Positions 6,733 to 15,466 of a stretch of 17,638 nt of DNA are shown one piece after another (position 1 is the stretch's first letter; each line of letters starts with the position of its first letter). Under the pieces are notes generated by a model. It ran no database searches. It had not been told where the DNA came from and saw only the letters and a program-made list of their open reading frames with translations. Source of the DNA: an uncultured Oligoflexus sp. (GTDB lineage: Bacteria > Bdellovibrionota_B > Oligoflexia > Oligoflexales > Oligoflexaceae). The stretch is taken from NCBI GenBank assembly GCA_964236955.1, contig CAXSGP010000009.1:1-17638 (forward strand). Reading direction: 5' to 3'. Made by a program: the position numbers and the translations under genes.

Positions 6733-8253
6733 ATGATTTGGACGAGCCTGGAAGCCAAGGAAATCGATCGCCTAAGCTCAGAGATTCATGGCGTTCCAGC
6801 CCTTAAGCTCATGGAAGAAGCGGGTCTGCAGACCTACCACCTTGCCCTTCGGCTATGGAAACCCTACTTCCACTATAGAGTGCTGGCCGGTGGCGGTAAT
6901 AACGGCGGTGACGCCTTGGTCGTGGCCCGATATCTTTATGAGGCGAAATTCTCAGTCGAATGTTTTGACCTCTCCGAGGGGAAAGAGACTGCCGAACGCA
7001 AACATCAACGTTTGGAGCTGGAAAAGTCGGGTTTTTCTCTTAAAGCCTTCACTCCCTCGGCCTTTAGCGCCAGCCCCTGCGACCTTGTTATTATCGATGG
7101 CCTGCTCGGCCTGGGCCTAGACGGCCCCTTGCGCCCTGGACTCATCAAAGATTGTTTGTTAGCCGCAGAAGCGTGCAAACCCAAGCTTGTGATTGCCCTC
7201 GATTTACCTTCGGGGCTCGAAGCCGATGCCTGGGAGCAGCCTCCCCCTCCCCTTATTGCTACGCACACCCTAACATTCGGCGCAAAAAAAGCGGTTCACG
7301 TGGCCGAACCCTCGCGAGGCTTTTGTGGGCAGGTGACCTTGGTTCCTTTGGGTTTTGCCCGGGCGGCGATCGACCGGGTCCTCGCCCGTCGCAGGCTATC
7401 ATTGATTCACTCCGAAAAAGGAGGGTCTCTCGCCCGGCTCTGGACCTTTCTTCCCAAAGACGCCCATAAATACGATAGAGGCCATGTGCTTGCGATCGGC
7501 GGCAGCCCGGGCAAAGTCGGAGCCATCCTGATGGCTGCTGAAGCGGCTCTTGTTGCCGGTGCCGGATGGGTAACGGTAGCCCCGATGAGCGAGATCCTGG
7601 CTCCGGCCTGGACCCGCGAATTCACCTACGAATCTTTTGCTTTGGAGGGGGAAATCGATAGCGATGCGCTCCGTGAATATGTGGTGTCCCGCAAGGTGCG
7701 GGCCATACTCATAGGTCCGGGAACGATGGACAATCCCTTGACTCACGAGATTCTCGTCACCCTTTCGCACTTACAAAAGCAGCATAAAATAAGGCTTATT
7801 TTCGATGCCGGGGCCTTAGGCGACCTCCTGGGCGCGGTCAGCGGCATAAAGTTTGATCCCGAGCATACGCTCCTCACTCCCCATCCGGGCGAATGGGGCC
7901 GGCTGCATAAGATAAAGCCTCTCGCCATTCCCGGCCGTTTGTCCGAGTTGCCTCAGGCAATCGCGGATCTCCAGAACTGTGGTTTCAGTGCTATCTATAA
8001 ATCCAGCAGTCCGCTGGTTCTTGCGCCCGGTCGAAGCATTTTTCTTTCGCTGGGTGACAACCGCCTGGCTCGTGCCGGCAGTGGCGACATCCTCGCTGGC
8101 TTAATCCTTGGATTAGCTCCGACACCGCACAGTCTTCATGAAATCGCCGCGCTAGCACAAAACATGCTGGCGGCCTCGGCATCGCGGGCGGAACACAGTG
8201 TATCACCTCTGGAAAATCTCAAGCGACTGAAGGAACTGAATCAAGTTTCATAA
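6733..8253 (+). CDS. nnr: bifunctional NAD(P)H-hydrate epimerase / ADP-dependent dehydratase
   Basis: YjeF_N motifs LMEEAG, GGGNNGGD, IIDGLLG.G, ALDLPSG, TLTFG; dehydratase motifs HKYDRGHV..IGGS, IGPG, DAGAL, TPHPGE, AGSGDILAG. Confidence 0.95.
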   Translation: MIWTSLEAKEIDRLSSEIHGVPALKLMEEAGLQTYHLALRLWKPYFHYRVLAGGGNNGGDALVVARYLYEAKFSVECFDLSEGKETAERKHQRLELEKSGFSLKAFTPSAFSASPCDLVIIDGLLGLGLDGPLRPGLIKDCLLAAEACKPKLVIALDLPSGLEADAWEQPPPPLIATHTLTFGAKKAVHVAEPSRGFCGQVTLVPLGFARAAIDRVLARRRLSLIHSEKGGSLARLWTFLPKDAHKYDRGHVLAIGGSPGKVGAILMAAEAALVAGAGWVTVAPMSEILAPAWTREFTYESFALEGEIDSDALREYVVSRKVRAILIGPGTMDNPLTHEILVTLSHLQKQHKIRLIFDAGALGDLLGAVSGIKFDPEHTLLTPHPGEWGRLHKIKPLAIPGRLSELPQAIADLQNCGFSAIYKSSSPLVLAPGRSIFLSLGDNRLARAGSGDILAGLILGLAPTPHSLHEIAALAQNMLAASASRAEHSVSPLENLKRLKELNQVS

Positions 8254-8355
8254 GAGCCCGTATACAATGCCGTAGCAAGACTTGCAGACAGTCCGAATGA
8301 TGCTTGTTTTTGCGCAGGGCAGGGATTAGAACATATTTTCTATAGGAGAGCGTCC

Positions 8356-8886
8356 GTGTACCGAATGCCAGGATCAGTTGTATTGCCCTATAAAGGCAAA
8401 AGCCCTCGATTGGATCAGGGGGTCTTTGTTGCCAGCGGCGCGCACATCATTGGGGACACTGAAATTGGCGAAGACAGCAGTGTCTGGTTCAACGTTGTGG
8501 TGCGTGGCGACTGCAATTTCATCCGCATTGGCAAACGAAGCAACATTCAGGACAATTCGACCATACATGTGACGAACAGCCGCTTTCCCACGACTATCGG
8601 TGACGATATTACGATAGGCCACGGCGTAATTCTACATGGCTGCAAGATTGAAAATAAATGCTTGATCGGCATGGGCGCTATCATCATGGATAACGTCACT
8701 ATCCCCGAGCGATCGCTGGTTGCAGCGGGCTCCCTTGTCACGCCTGGCAAGACCTTCAGTCCCGGTATGCTGATCAAAGGTAATCCGGCCCGTGAAACGC
8801 GGCCCCTTAACGAGCAGGAACTCTTTGAGATCGAACGCTCTGTCCAATATTATCTAGAATACAAGCGAGGTTATGTTCCAAATTGA
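8356..8886 (+). CDS. gamma carbonic anhydrase family protein (YrdA/PaaY-like)
   Basis: Hexapeptide repeats, VVRGD, NIQDNSTIH, TIGHGVILHGC (three Zn-binding His), IGMGA; GTG start with AGGAG RBS. Confidence 0.95.
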   Translation: MYRMPGSVVLPYKGKSPRLDQGVFVASGAHIIGDTEIGEDSSVWFNVVVRGDCNFIRIGKRSNIQDNSTIHVTNSRFPTTIGDDITIGHGVILHGCKIENKCLIGMGAIIMDNVTIPERSLVAAGSLVTPGKTFSPGMLIKGNPARETRPLNEQELFEIERSVQYYLEYKRGYVPN

Positions 8887-9404
8887 ATCTCACAAAAGAT
8901 AGCCAATTGGCTTCCCTGAAAATTCCCCATCTGGCCATGGTCCTCCGCGAAGCTTTTGCTGTTTATTGCCAGGATGAACCTGGGGATACGTTCAGCAATC
9001 TGACAATCAGTGGTCTTGCCGACCGCGCTCACCTTCCGGTCGAAGGCGTTATGCAGCGTCTGAAAGCGATTCAATCCATGGCTGAGAATGTCGAACTAAG
9101 CTGCCAGGACCTTGGCGTTCTGCTCAAGACCAAAGGCAAACAAATCTATCTCCTCGACGTGCGTCAAGCCTGGGAATTTGATCTTTGCCATATTCAAGGG
9201 TCCAAACTCATGGCTAAACTCGACCTTGCCCAGATTTTTCCTGGTCTCAAAGAACTGGAGGTGATAACGATTTGTCATCATGGAATTCGATCGCTTTCCG
9301 CGGCATTTTATCTCCGCGAAGCAGGCTTACCGAAGGTGAGATCGCTGACGGGCGGGCTCGACGAGTGGGCACTGACAATGGATAGGGCAATGGCCCGCTA
9401 TTAA
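8883..9404 (+). CDS. rhodanese-domain protein with N-terminal helical extension
   Basis: LLDVRQ.WE...CHI.G and active-site loop CHHGIRS, SLTGGLDEW; TTG start overlaps the upstream TGA. Confidence 0.88.
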   Translation: MNLTKDSQLASLKIPHLAMVLREAFAVYCQDEPGDTFSNLTISGLADRAHLPVEGVMQRLKAIQSMAENVELSCQDLGVLLKTKGKQIYLLDVRQAWEFDLCHIQGSKLMAKLDLAQIFPGLKELEVITICHHGIRSLSAAFYLREAGLPKVRSLTGGLDEWALTMDRAMARY

Positions 9405-9478
9405 GGGGCTTGATTGGAGGCCAGTGCTGGTGAACCTGATAAAGGCCGGGAATCAAGCGCCAATCCAGCCTTCAACTC

Positions 9479-10063
9479 CTATTTACGTGCCGTAAATGTA
9501 CCGCTTTCGCTAACGGGATAATAGTAATCCATAGTCGCGCGAATACTCATCTGATCAGCATCCTTCAGGTGAAAACGTTCTGAATTAGTCAATTCGTGCA
9601 TATAGGCTTCGCGTTCGGCGCCGTTGGTTCCTTCAAGGCCGAGCATATCCTTCATGCGAATGATCGCGAAGTTTTGGTTGCAGTGGATTTCCAGCTCGTG
9701 TGCAAGGGTCGAACCAAGCACCGCCCAGCTGGTGAAAGCGGCCGGGCCTACGGTCACTTCAAGTTTTTTTCCCCAACCATTTAAAGTGGTAAGACCGCGG
9801 TCTTCCAGTTTCATGTCCAAAGTTGGACTTGCGGCATTATTGGGAATAACGATGCCGAACATCTCGAGGGCAACATCGATACTCTCTTGAGTCATCGGCG
9901 GCTTGCTCATCGGTGGGACGACCGTCACGCTGTGGAGGTCTTTAGCGAACTGCTCTCTGAGATCAAGGGAATGACGAGCCATGAAAATACTGCCAATACT
10001 GACAAAAACGAGACACAGGACAGTAACCCGGAAGAACATTCTGGTTAGGTTTTGCGACATCAT
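9479..10063 (-). CDS. membrane-anchored or secreted zincin-like metallopeptidase (HExxxH)
   Basis: N-terminal hydrophobic segment (VTVLCLVFVSIGSIF), TLAHELEIH and downstream EREAY. Confidence 0.65.
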   Translation of the reverse strand: MMSQNLTRMFFRVTVLCLVFVSIGSIFMARHSLDLREQFAKDLHSVTVVPPMSKPPMTQESIDVALEMFGIVIPNNAASPTLDMKLEDRGLTTLNGWGKKLEVTVGPAAFTSWAVLGSTLAHELEIHCNQNFAIIRMKDMLGLEGTNGAEREAYMHELTNSERFHLKDADQMSIRATMDYYYPVSESGTFTARK

Positions 10064-10109
10064 AACAACTCCGCAGCAGCAACAATTGGGGAACTTCTAC
10101 CTGAGATCA

Positions 10110-10126
10110 AGCAAAGCCCGGGCCAA
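10110..10126 (-). promoter_or_regulatory. putative sigma54 (-24/-12) promoter
   Basis: TTGGCCCGGGCTTTGCT: GG-N10-GC, near TGGCAC-N5-TTGC, 46 bp upstream of the zincin-like gene. Confidence 0.7.
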
Positions 10127-10415
10127 CGCTAACTAGCGGAAATTGTGCTGTCATCCTAGCCGGAATGCGTAAAGACTCTAGGCTCTGTAGAATCTTTTGT
10201 CAGACGCTCCCGGGCCCAGTCAAAAAAAGTTATTTTTAACTCAAACCCTTACTCATCAAGGGCTACGCAGTTTTGCTCCAAACTCTGATGCTGCTCTTAA
10301 AAAGTTTTCCGCAAGTTCCGGTAATGCTTACCCATGAAAAAAAACCGGCAAAAACCCCGCAGGACCAGGGAAGGCCCGCAGGGTCGAATACGCGGAAAGC
10401 TTTGGAAACGACGGA

Positions 10416-12950
10416 CTAGACAATTCCTGTCCTAAGTTCAGGCGGAACCTTGCTTGGATGCCCCTCAAAAAGGAGCTGCCCCCCTTCCTCTCCCGATTCC
10501 GGTCCCAATTCCAAAAGCCAATCAGCAGCATCGATAATCTGCTGGTCATGCTCGATCACAATCATCGTCACCCCTTGATCAACAAGTTTATGCAATTGAT
10601 CGAGCAGGAGCTGAACATCGCGAAAATGCAGTCCGACAGTGGGTTCGTCCATGATAAGCACAGTTCCCGGCACAACTCTCTTACTCAGATAAGGCACGAG
10701 CTTAAGGCGTTGCGATTCCCCTCCGGACAGACTCGAACTTGGCTGCCCGAGTTTCAGGTAGCCCAGTCCAAGAGCCACCGCAGGCGCTAACTTTCTTTCG
10801 ATCGCCCGATGGTTTTTAAAACGCTCATGGGCTTCGCCGATCGAGAGCAGAAGAACTTCGGACAGATTTAGACCGCCGTAACGAATATCCAATAGGTGAG
10901 GTTTATAGCGTTTGCCCTGACAAACAGGACAGAGAATCTCAGCATCCGCTAAAAATCTCATGCTTAGCGTCAACGTTCCCCGCCCCTTACATTCCGGACA
11001 TCGACCTTCGTCATTTGAGAACGAGAAAGAAGACGCTGACAATCCATAGATCTGCGCCTCGGGCAAGGAAGCAAAAAGAGTTCGCAGGTCGGTAAAGATG
11101 TCAAGGTAGGTTGCCGGCATACTTACCGAGGACTTCGCGATCGGTTTTCGCGAGATCAAAGTGCAGGCATCCACCCGATCCCCTCCTTTAAATCCTGAAC
11201 AAAACCAGGGTTCAAGCTTCGCCCGGGTCTTGGCCCGGTTGCGGGTGGGAAGCTGCTTTAGGATATTAAAAAAGAGCGTTTTGAGGACGAGACTGCTCTT
11301 ACCGGCACCACTGACTCCACTGACCACGGTCAGCGCTCCGAGCGGAAAGCGGGCACTTTTCATCTTGAGGTTATTGAGAACAGGTTTATCAATTTGGAGA
11401 AATTCCTTAAAACTTGTCTTTACGACCTGTCTTTTGGGAGATGAAAGTCTTTCGTGAAGGTGCTGCGCAGTCGCCGATACCTTCGCGTAAACAAGAGCGT
11501 CCTTCGGTTCGAATTGGGCCAGCAACATTCCCCCTTGCCCACCACCACCCGGTCCTAAATCAATAATCCAATCGGCCCGCCGCATCATATCGGGATCATG
11601 ATCGACTATGATGACCGTATTCCCCTGCTCTTTCAGTCGTTCAATCGCCTTCCATAAACGGTCGATCTCGCGTGGATGAAGGCCCTGACTCGGTTCATCC
11701 AGAACATAGAGCACACCCCGGAGATGTTCATTGAGAATCGCACTCAAACGTAAACGCTGGGCCTCTCCATTTGATAGGGTGCGAATGCGACGCCCGAGAT
11801 TCAAGTATCCCAAACCGATGTCGAGCATACGCTGCGCGTGACTGAGCAGAGTCTCGAGCACGAGCCGGACGGCGGCCGAGTCGGCAGCCGGCGATTGCAG
11901 GCTTTCCTTCGAGAAATCATGCAGGTCTTGGATAGGACTTTGATAGAATTTATGAATCGATCGACCGCGAAAGGTAATTGATTTGAGCTTTGGATCGAGA
12001 CCGCTGCCAAGACAGGTCGCACAGACTTCCGGTTCCAGCGACTCTTCGTTTTTATCCTTCTCGCCTTCCTCCTCAATAACGATGCCGCGCCCATCACAAT
12101 CTTCACAGCGCCCCAGGGAATTGGGCGAGAAATGACGGGTATCCAGCCGAGGCCAGGCAAAATGACAAGTAGGGCAGCCCGATTGCAGGGATAGGTGCTG
12201 ACCGGAACGGGCTTCAAGTTTCCCCTTACTATCTATGATATGGATGCAGGAGAGGCCGTCGCCCAACTGCAGGGAGCTTTCGATCGACCGCCTGAGTCTC
12301 TGTTCCTTGCTCGGATCGATCTTGAGTGAATCAATAATAAGGGAAATATCATGCTTTTCGTCTTTGGAAAGGTTAGGGATAGGATCAATATCGGTGAGTT
12401 TTCCATCAATAAAAGCCTTGCTGTAGCCTTTTTTAACGAAGCCCTCGAGCTGCTTTTTGAATTGCCCCTTTTTTTGATCGGCGATCGTCACGGTCACCGC
12501 GATAGTCCGCCCATAATATTGGCTCTTCGCAAAACTCACAATTTCATCGAGACTTCGGGCTTCGGTCGGAAGGTCATGGGTCGGGCAGCGCTTTTCCGCG
12601 AAACGGGCAAAGAGCACACCCAGCATTTCGCCAATATCACTTAGACTTGCCACACTCGCCCGCACGGAAGCCTGCGTTTCATTCTGGGCGAGAGCGATGG
12701 CTGGCGACAGCCCACTTGCACTCCGCAGAGCAGGCCGCGCACCAAGGTCGAGAAATTGCCGGGAATAATGGGAAAGGGTGTAAAAAAACCGACGGTTCGC
12801 CTCGGCCAGTATAGTATCAAAGGCCAATGAACTTTTCCCCGAGCCACTGACTCCGGTCACCACCGTGATCTTCTTCCGAGGGATGCTCAAATCGATATGT
12901 TTGAGATTGTGCTCGTAAGCGCCTCTGATTTCGATCGAAGTCCGTTCCAT
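10416..12950 (-). CDS. uvrA: UvrA-family ABC ATPase lacking the insertion domain
   Basis: GA.EHNLK, two Walker A motifs (GVSGSGKS, GVSGAGKS), signatures LSNGEAQR and LSGGESQR, DEP Walker B motifs, CxxC zinc sites; 844 aa. May be a paralog rather than the main uvrA. Confidence 0.88.
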   Translation of the reverse strand: MERTSIEIRGAYEHNLKHIDLSIPRKKITVVTGVSGSGKSSLAFDTILAEANRRFFYTLSHYSRQFLDLGARPALRSASGLSPAIALAQNETQASVRASVASLSDIGEMLGVLFARFAEKRCPTHDLPTEARSLDEIVSFAKSQYYGRTIAVTVTIADQKKGQFKKQLEGFVKKGYSKAFIDGKLTDIDPIPNLSKDEKHDISLIIDSLKIDPSKEQRLRRSIESSLQLGDGLSCIHIIDSKGKLEARSGQHLSLQSGCPTCHFAWPRLDTRHFSPNSLGRCEDCDGRGIVIEEEGEKDKNEESLEPEVCATCLGSGLDPKLKSITFRGRSIHKFYQSPIQDLHDFSKESLQSPAADSAAVRLVLETLLSHAQRMLDIGLGYLNLGRRIRTLSNGEAQRLRLSAILNEHLRGVLYVLDEPSQGLHPREIDRLWKAIERLKEQGNTVIIVDHDPDMMRRADWIIDLGPGGGGQGGMLLAQFEPKDALVYAKVSATAQHLHERLSSPKRQVVKTSFKEFLQIDKPVLNNLKMKSARFPLGALTVVSGVSGAGKSSLVLKTLFFNILKQLPTRNRAKTRAKLEPWFCSGFKGGDRVDACTLISRKPIAKSSVSMPATYLDIFTDLRTLFASLPEAQIYGLSASSFSFSNDEGRCPECKGRGTLTLSMRFLADAEILCPVCQGKRYKPHLLDIRYGGLNLSEVLLLSIGEAHERFKNHRAIERKLAPAVALGLGYLKLGQPSSSLSGGESQRLKLVPYLSKRVVPGTVLIMDEPTVGLHFRDVQLLLDQLHKLVDQGVTMIVIEHDQQIIDAADWLLELGPESGEEGGQLLFEGHPSKVPPELRTGIV

Positions 12951-12953
12951 AGG

Positions 12954-13925
12954 TCACCATCCTAAATAGCGTTGTGCATGTTCCAGGGACAGGCGAAAAC
13001 TGTCTTCCTTCGCGAGATTTTTGCCATAAAGTTCGCTCGCTGGCCCATGATCGGGAGAAATGCGTAGATGCGGAAGCCCACCACTGATATTGACCGCATC
13101 ATAAAAATGCAGCGATTTAAGCGGTGCAAGGCCCTGATCATGGTACATAGCCAAAACCGCATCAAAATTACCTTGCCAGGCCGAAAAGAAAATTGTGTCG
13201 GCCGCTCTGGGTCCGACGACATCCATTCCGAGTTTTCGCATACGATCGATAGCCGGTGCAATAATGAGCTGATCCTCTTTGCCGAACAGGCCCTGATCTC
13301 CAGCATGGGGATTCAAGGCGGCAACGCCGATGCGCGGGCTGGGAATATGGAGAATGTGCTTGAGGCTTTCTTCTAGCTTCGTCAATTTTTGGCAGATTAA
13401 TTCTTCGGTTATCAGGGCCGTGACGGCAGACAGCGCCACGTGATTGGTAGCCAGCGCGACCCTGAGGCGCGGGCCCGCAAGTATCATGATTCCCTTCTCC
13501 TGCCACAGTTCACAAAAAAACTCAGTTTGTCCCGGGTAGTGAAATCCAGCCTGAGCACAGGCATACTTGTCAATCGGCGCTGTCACGACTGCCAGCTTAG
13601 TGGAGGTCTGCAGGGACAGCAAAGCCTCTAAAGAGAGCTTTGCGACCTGGCCACGCTCTTTTACACTCAGAAGCTTTGGCGATTTGGAATAGAGTCCCTG
13701 AGCGATATCAAGAAAGTAGAGTTGGGGTTCCCAGGCTTCGGCCCAGGCTTTTATCGGCCGAAACGAAAGCTCCGCTCCGCCGAGGTCCTTGACCTGATAC
13801 TGCCACTGCGCAAAGGATCCGACCACTACCGTCGGGCCCGTTCTCGGCCGGCTCCATAGATCCCGAAGCCGAAGAAGACATTCGATGGTCACCCCGAAAG
13901 GATCGCCAAGTGTGATGACAAGCAT
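12954..13925 (-). CDS. pdxA: 4-hydroxythreonine-4-phosphate dehydrogenase (PdxA family)
   Basis: ITLGDP.G..E, TAPI.K, GQTEF, LNPHAGD.G.FG.ED, ADT.F, AMYHDQGL.PLK, SPDHGPA. Likely ATG 13925 overlapping the upstream TGA, with GGAGG RBS. Confidence 0.93.
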   Translation of the reverse strand: MLVITLGDPFGVTIECLLRLRDLWSRPRTGPTVVVGSFAQWQYQVKDLGGAELSFRPIKAWAEAWEPQLYFLDIAQGLYSKSPKLLSVKERGQVAKLSLEALLSLQTSTKLAVVTAPIDKYACAQAGFHYPGQTEFFCELWQEKGIMILAGPRLRVALATNHVALSAVTALITEELICQKLTKLEESLKHILHIPSPRIGVAALNPHAGDQGLFGKEDQLIIAPAIDRMRKLGMDVVGPRAADTIFFSAWQGNFDAVLAMYHDQGLAPLKSLHFYDAVNISGGLPHLRISPDHGPASELYGKNLAKEDSFRLSLEHAQRYLGW

Positions 13926-14773
13926 CAGGTCACCCTCCATTCCGGTAAAATATAGGTTGGAATGGGATCGTTCGGAGCCTGGCTCCAGACATCGACACGA
14001 ATCATGCCAGTTCCCACCAGGACACTATCAAGCCCAGAATTATTTGCGCCTCTGATGTCGGTTTCCAATTGATCACCGACCATCAGCAGATTTTTGCTGC
14101 CTACCCGCCTTATCGCTTCGTGAAAGATTGGTGGAAAAGGCTTTCCCAGCTTTTCGAAATGAGGGGCATCCTTGCCAAGACGGGCACCAAGGGCTGCTTC
14201 CAAAAGCCCGGCAAAGCTTCCAGCAGTAATTCCAAATCGCCGGAATTGATGGGGATATATCAGGTCTGGATTGGTAAGGATAAGACGTATGGGCTGGGAA
14301 TTTTCGATCCTCGTGATGACCTGGGATAGAACGGCCTCCAGGGTATCGAGCAAGGGATAATCGCTTTGATTGGCCAATACGACTATAGAATAATCGTCAG
14401 TTGCAAGGGGATTGACGACGATTCCACCGGCCTCCTCGACGTAAAGCGCCGAACTTTTGGTGCCCAACACTGCGGTGTGACTGCCCATCAAACCCTGATC
14501 GGCATAAAACCCCTTAAGCAGCGACGCGGAATTGATGATCTCCGAAGGCTTGAGAATAAGGCCTAAACGACGATACATGTTGACGGATTCATCGAGAGTT
14601 CGGGAGCTGCCATTGCTTACGACATAACAGGGTTTGCCCCTGCTCTGGAGCTTGCGCCAGGAGGCAACACAACTTTCTATCAGGCCTTTGCCATCATATA
14701 ACACGCCATAAGCATCAAAAAGAAAGCCATCATAAAGGTCGGTAAGCGAGTCGAGATTATAAAGTGTTTGCAT
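13925..14773 (-). CDS. HAD-superfamily subfamily IIA hydrolase (NagD-like fold)
   Basis: FLFDAYGVL, VVSN, TNPD, GKP.P.IF, MVGDQLETDI.GA...G..S.LV.TG. Confidence 0.92.
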   Translation of the reverse strand: MQTLYNLDSLTDLYDGFLFDAYGVLYDGKGLIESCVASWRKLQSRGKPCYVVSNGSSRTLDESVNMYRRLGLILKPSEIINSASLLKGFYADQGLMGSHTAVLGTKSSALYVEEAGGIVVNPLATDDYSIVVLANQSDYPLLDTLEAVLSQVITRIENSQPIRLILTNPDLIYPHQFRRFGITAGSFAGLLEAALGARLGKDAPHFEKLGKPFPPIFHEAIRRVGSKNLLMVGDQLETDIRGANNSGLDSVLVGTGMIRVDVWSQAPNDPIPTYILPEWRVT

Positions 14774-14791
14774 GTTGCTGCCATAAATTCT

Positions 14792-14820
14792 TTGCGCTCC
14801 CGGGTGGACTTACCTAATAT
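14792..14820 (+). promoter_or_regulatory. putative sigma70 promoter of folK
   Basis: TTGCGC-N17-TAATAT. Confidence 0.5.
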
Positions 14821-14848
14821 GCCCAATCAAAAGTCGCGGAAGGTTTTC

Positions 14849-15328
14849 ATGAATACCTATCTCATAGCCCTTGGTTCTAACCTGGGCGATCGTAAATACT
14901 ATATTGATCAAGCCATTGTTGCTATTGGAAGTCATGGGGGGAAAGTGCTGAACATTGCGGAAATTCTCGAGACCGAGCCGCTCGGTGCCGCCGATCAGGC
15001 TTTTTTGAATACGGCGCTGCTCTATGCTTCGGATTTGGCGCCGGAGGCTATGCTTTTGGCCCTCGTTTCCGTAGAAAATGACTTAGGTCGGGTGCGGGCT
15101 GAGCGATGGGGCAATCGGACCATCGACTGCGATATTATCCTCTGGAGGGCTGATGATGGGACCTACCCCGTTTATCGCAGCGAGAGCCTCGTTATACCCC
15201 ATCCAGAGGCCATCCAGAGAGCCTTCGTCCTCGGTCCAGCCGCGGCGATCGCAGCGGACTGGGTGCACCCCGAAAAGATGATAAGCATTGGAGAACTCTG
15301 GAGAATATTCCAAATTTCCCAAAAATGA
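14849..15328 (+). CDS. folK: 2-amino-4-hydroxy-6-hydroxymethyldihydropteridine pyrophosphokinase
   Basis: IALGSNLGDR, ETEP.G...Q.FLN, E..LGRVR.ERWG.RTID.DII, L.IPHP....RAFVL.P. Start reassigned to ATG 14849. Confidence 0.95.
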   Translation: MNTYLIALGSNLGDRKYYIDQAIVAIGSHGGKVLNIAEILETEPLGAADQAFLNTALLYASDLAPEAMLLALVSVENDLGRVRAERWGNRTIDCDIILWRADDGTYPVYRSESLVIPHPEAIQRAFVLGPAAAIAADWVHPEKMISIGELWRIFQISQK

Positions 15329-15401
15329 CCTAAGCTGCGTCACGCCATTTATGAGGACCTGACCTCCCGCTCGGCTGCCAGCGCCTGCCGAATTTTTGAC
15401 G

Positions 15402-15425
15402 AAAAAAAAGCGGCCAGAGGCCGCT
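15402..15425 (-). terminator. intrinsic terminator after the HU-like gene
   Basis: AGCGGCC-AGA-GGCCGCT hairpin with A8 (U8 on the minus strand). Confidence 0.8.
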
Positions 15426-15466
15426 CTTATCAAGAAGAGGATGCTTAAATCGTCGTCCGGTAAGGA

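Noticed and set aside
9408..9458. GCTTGATT/AATCAAGC inverted repeat between convergent genes
   Set aside because: 8-bp arms with a 35-nt loop and no U-tract; single copy, so no support for a REP or MITE.
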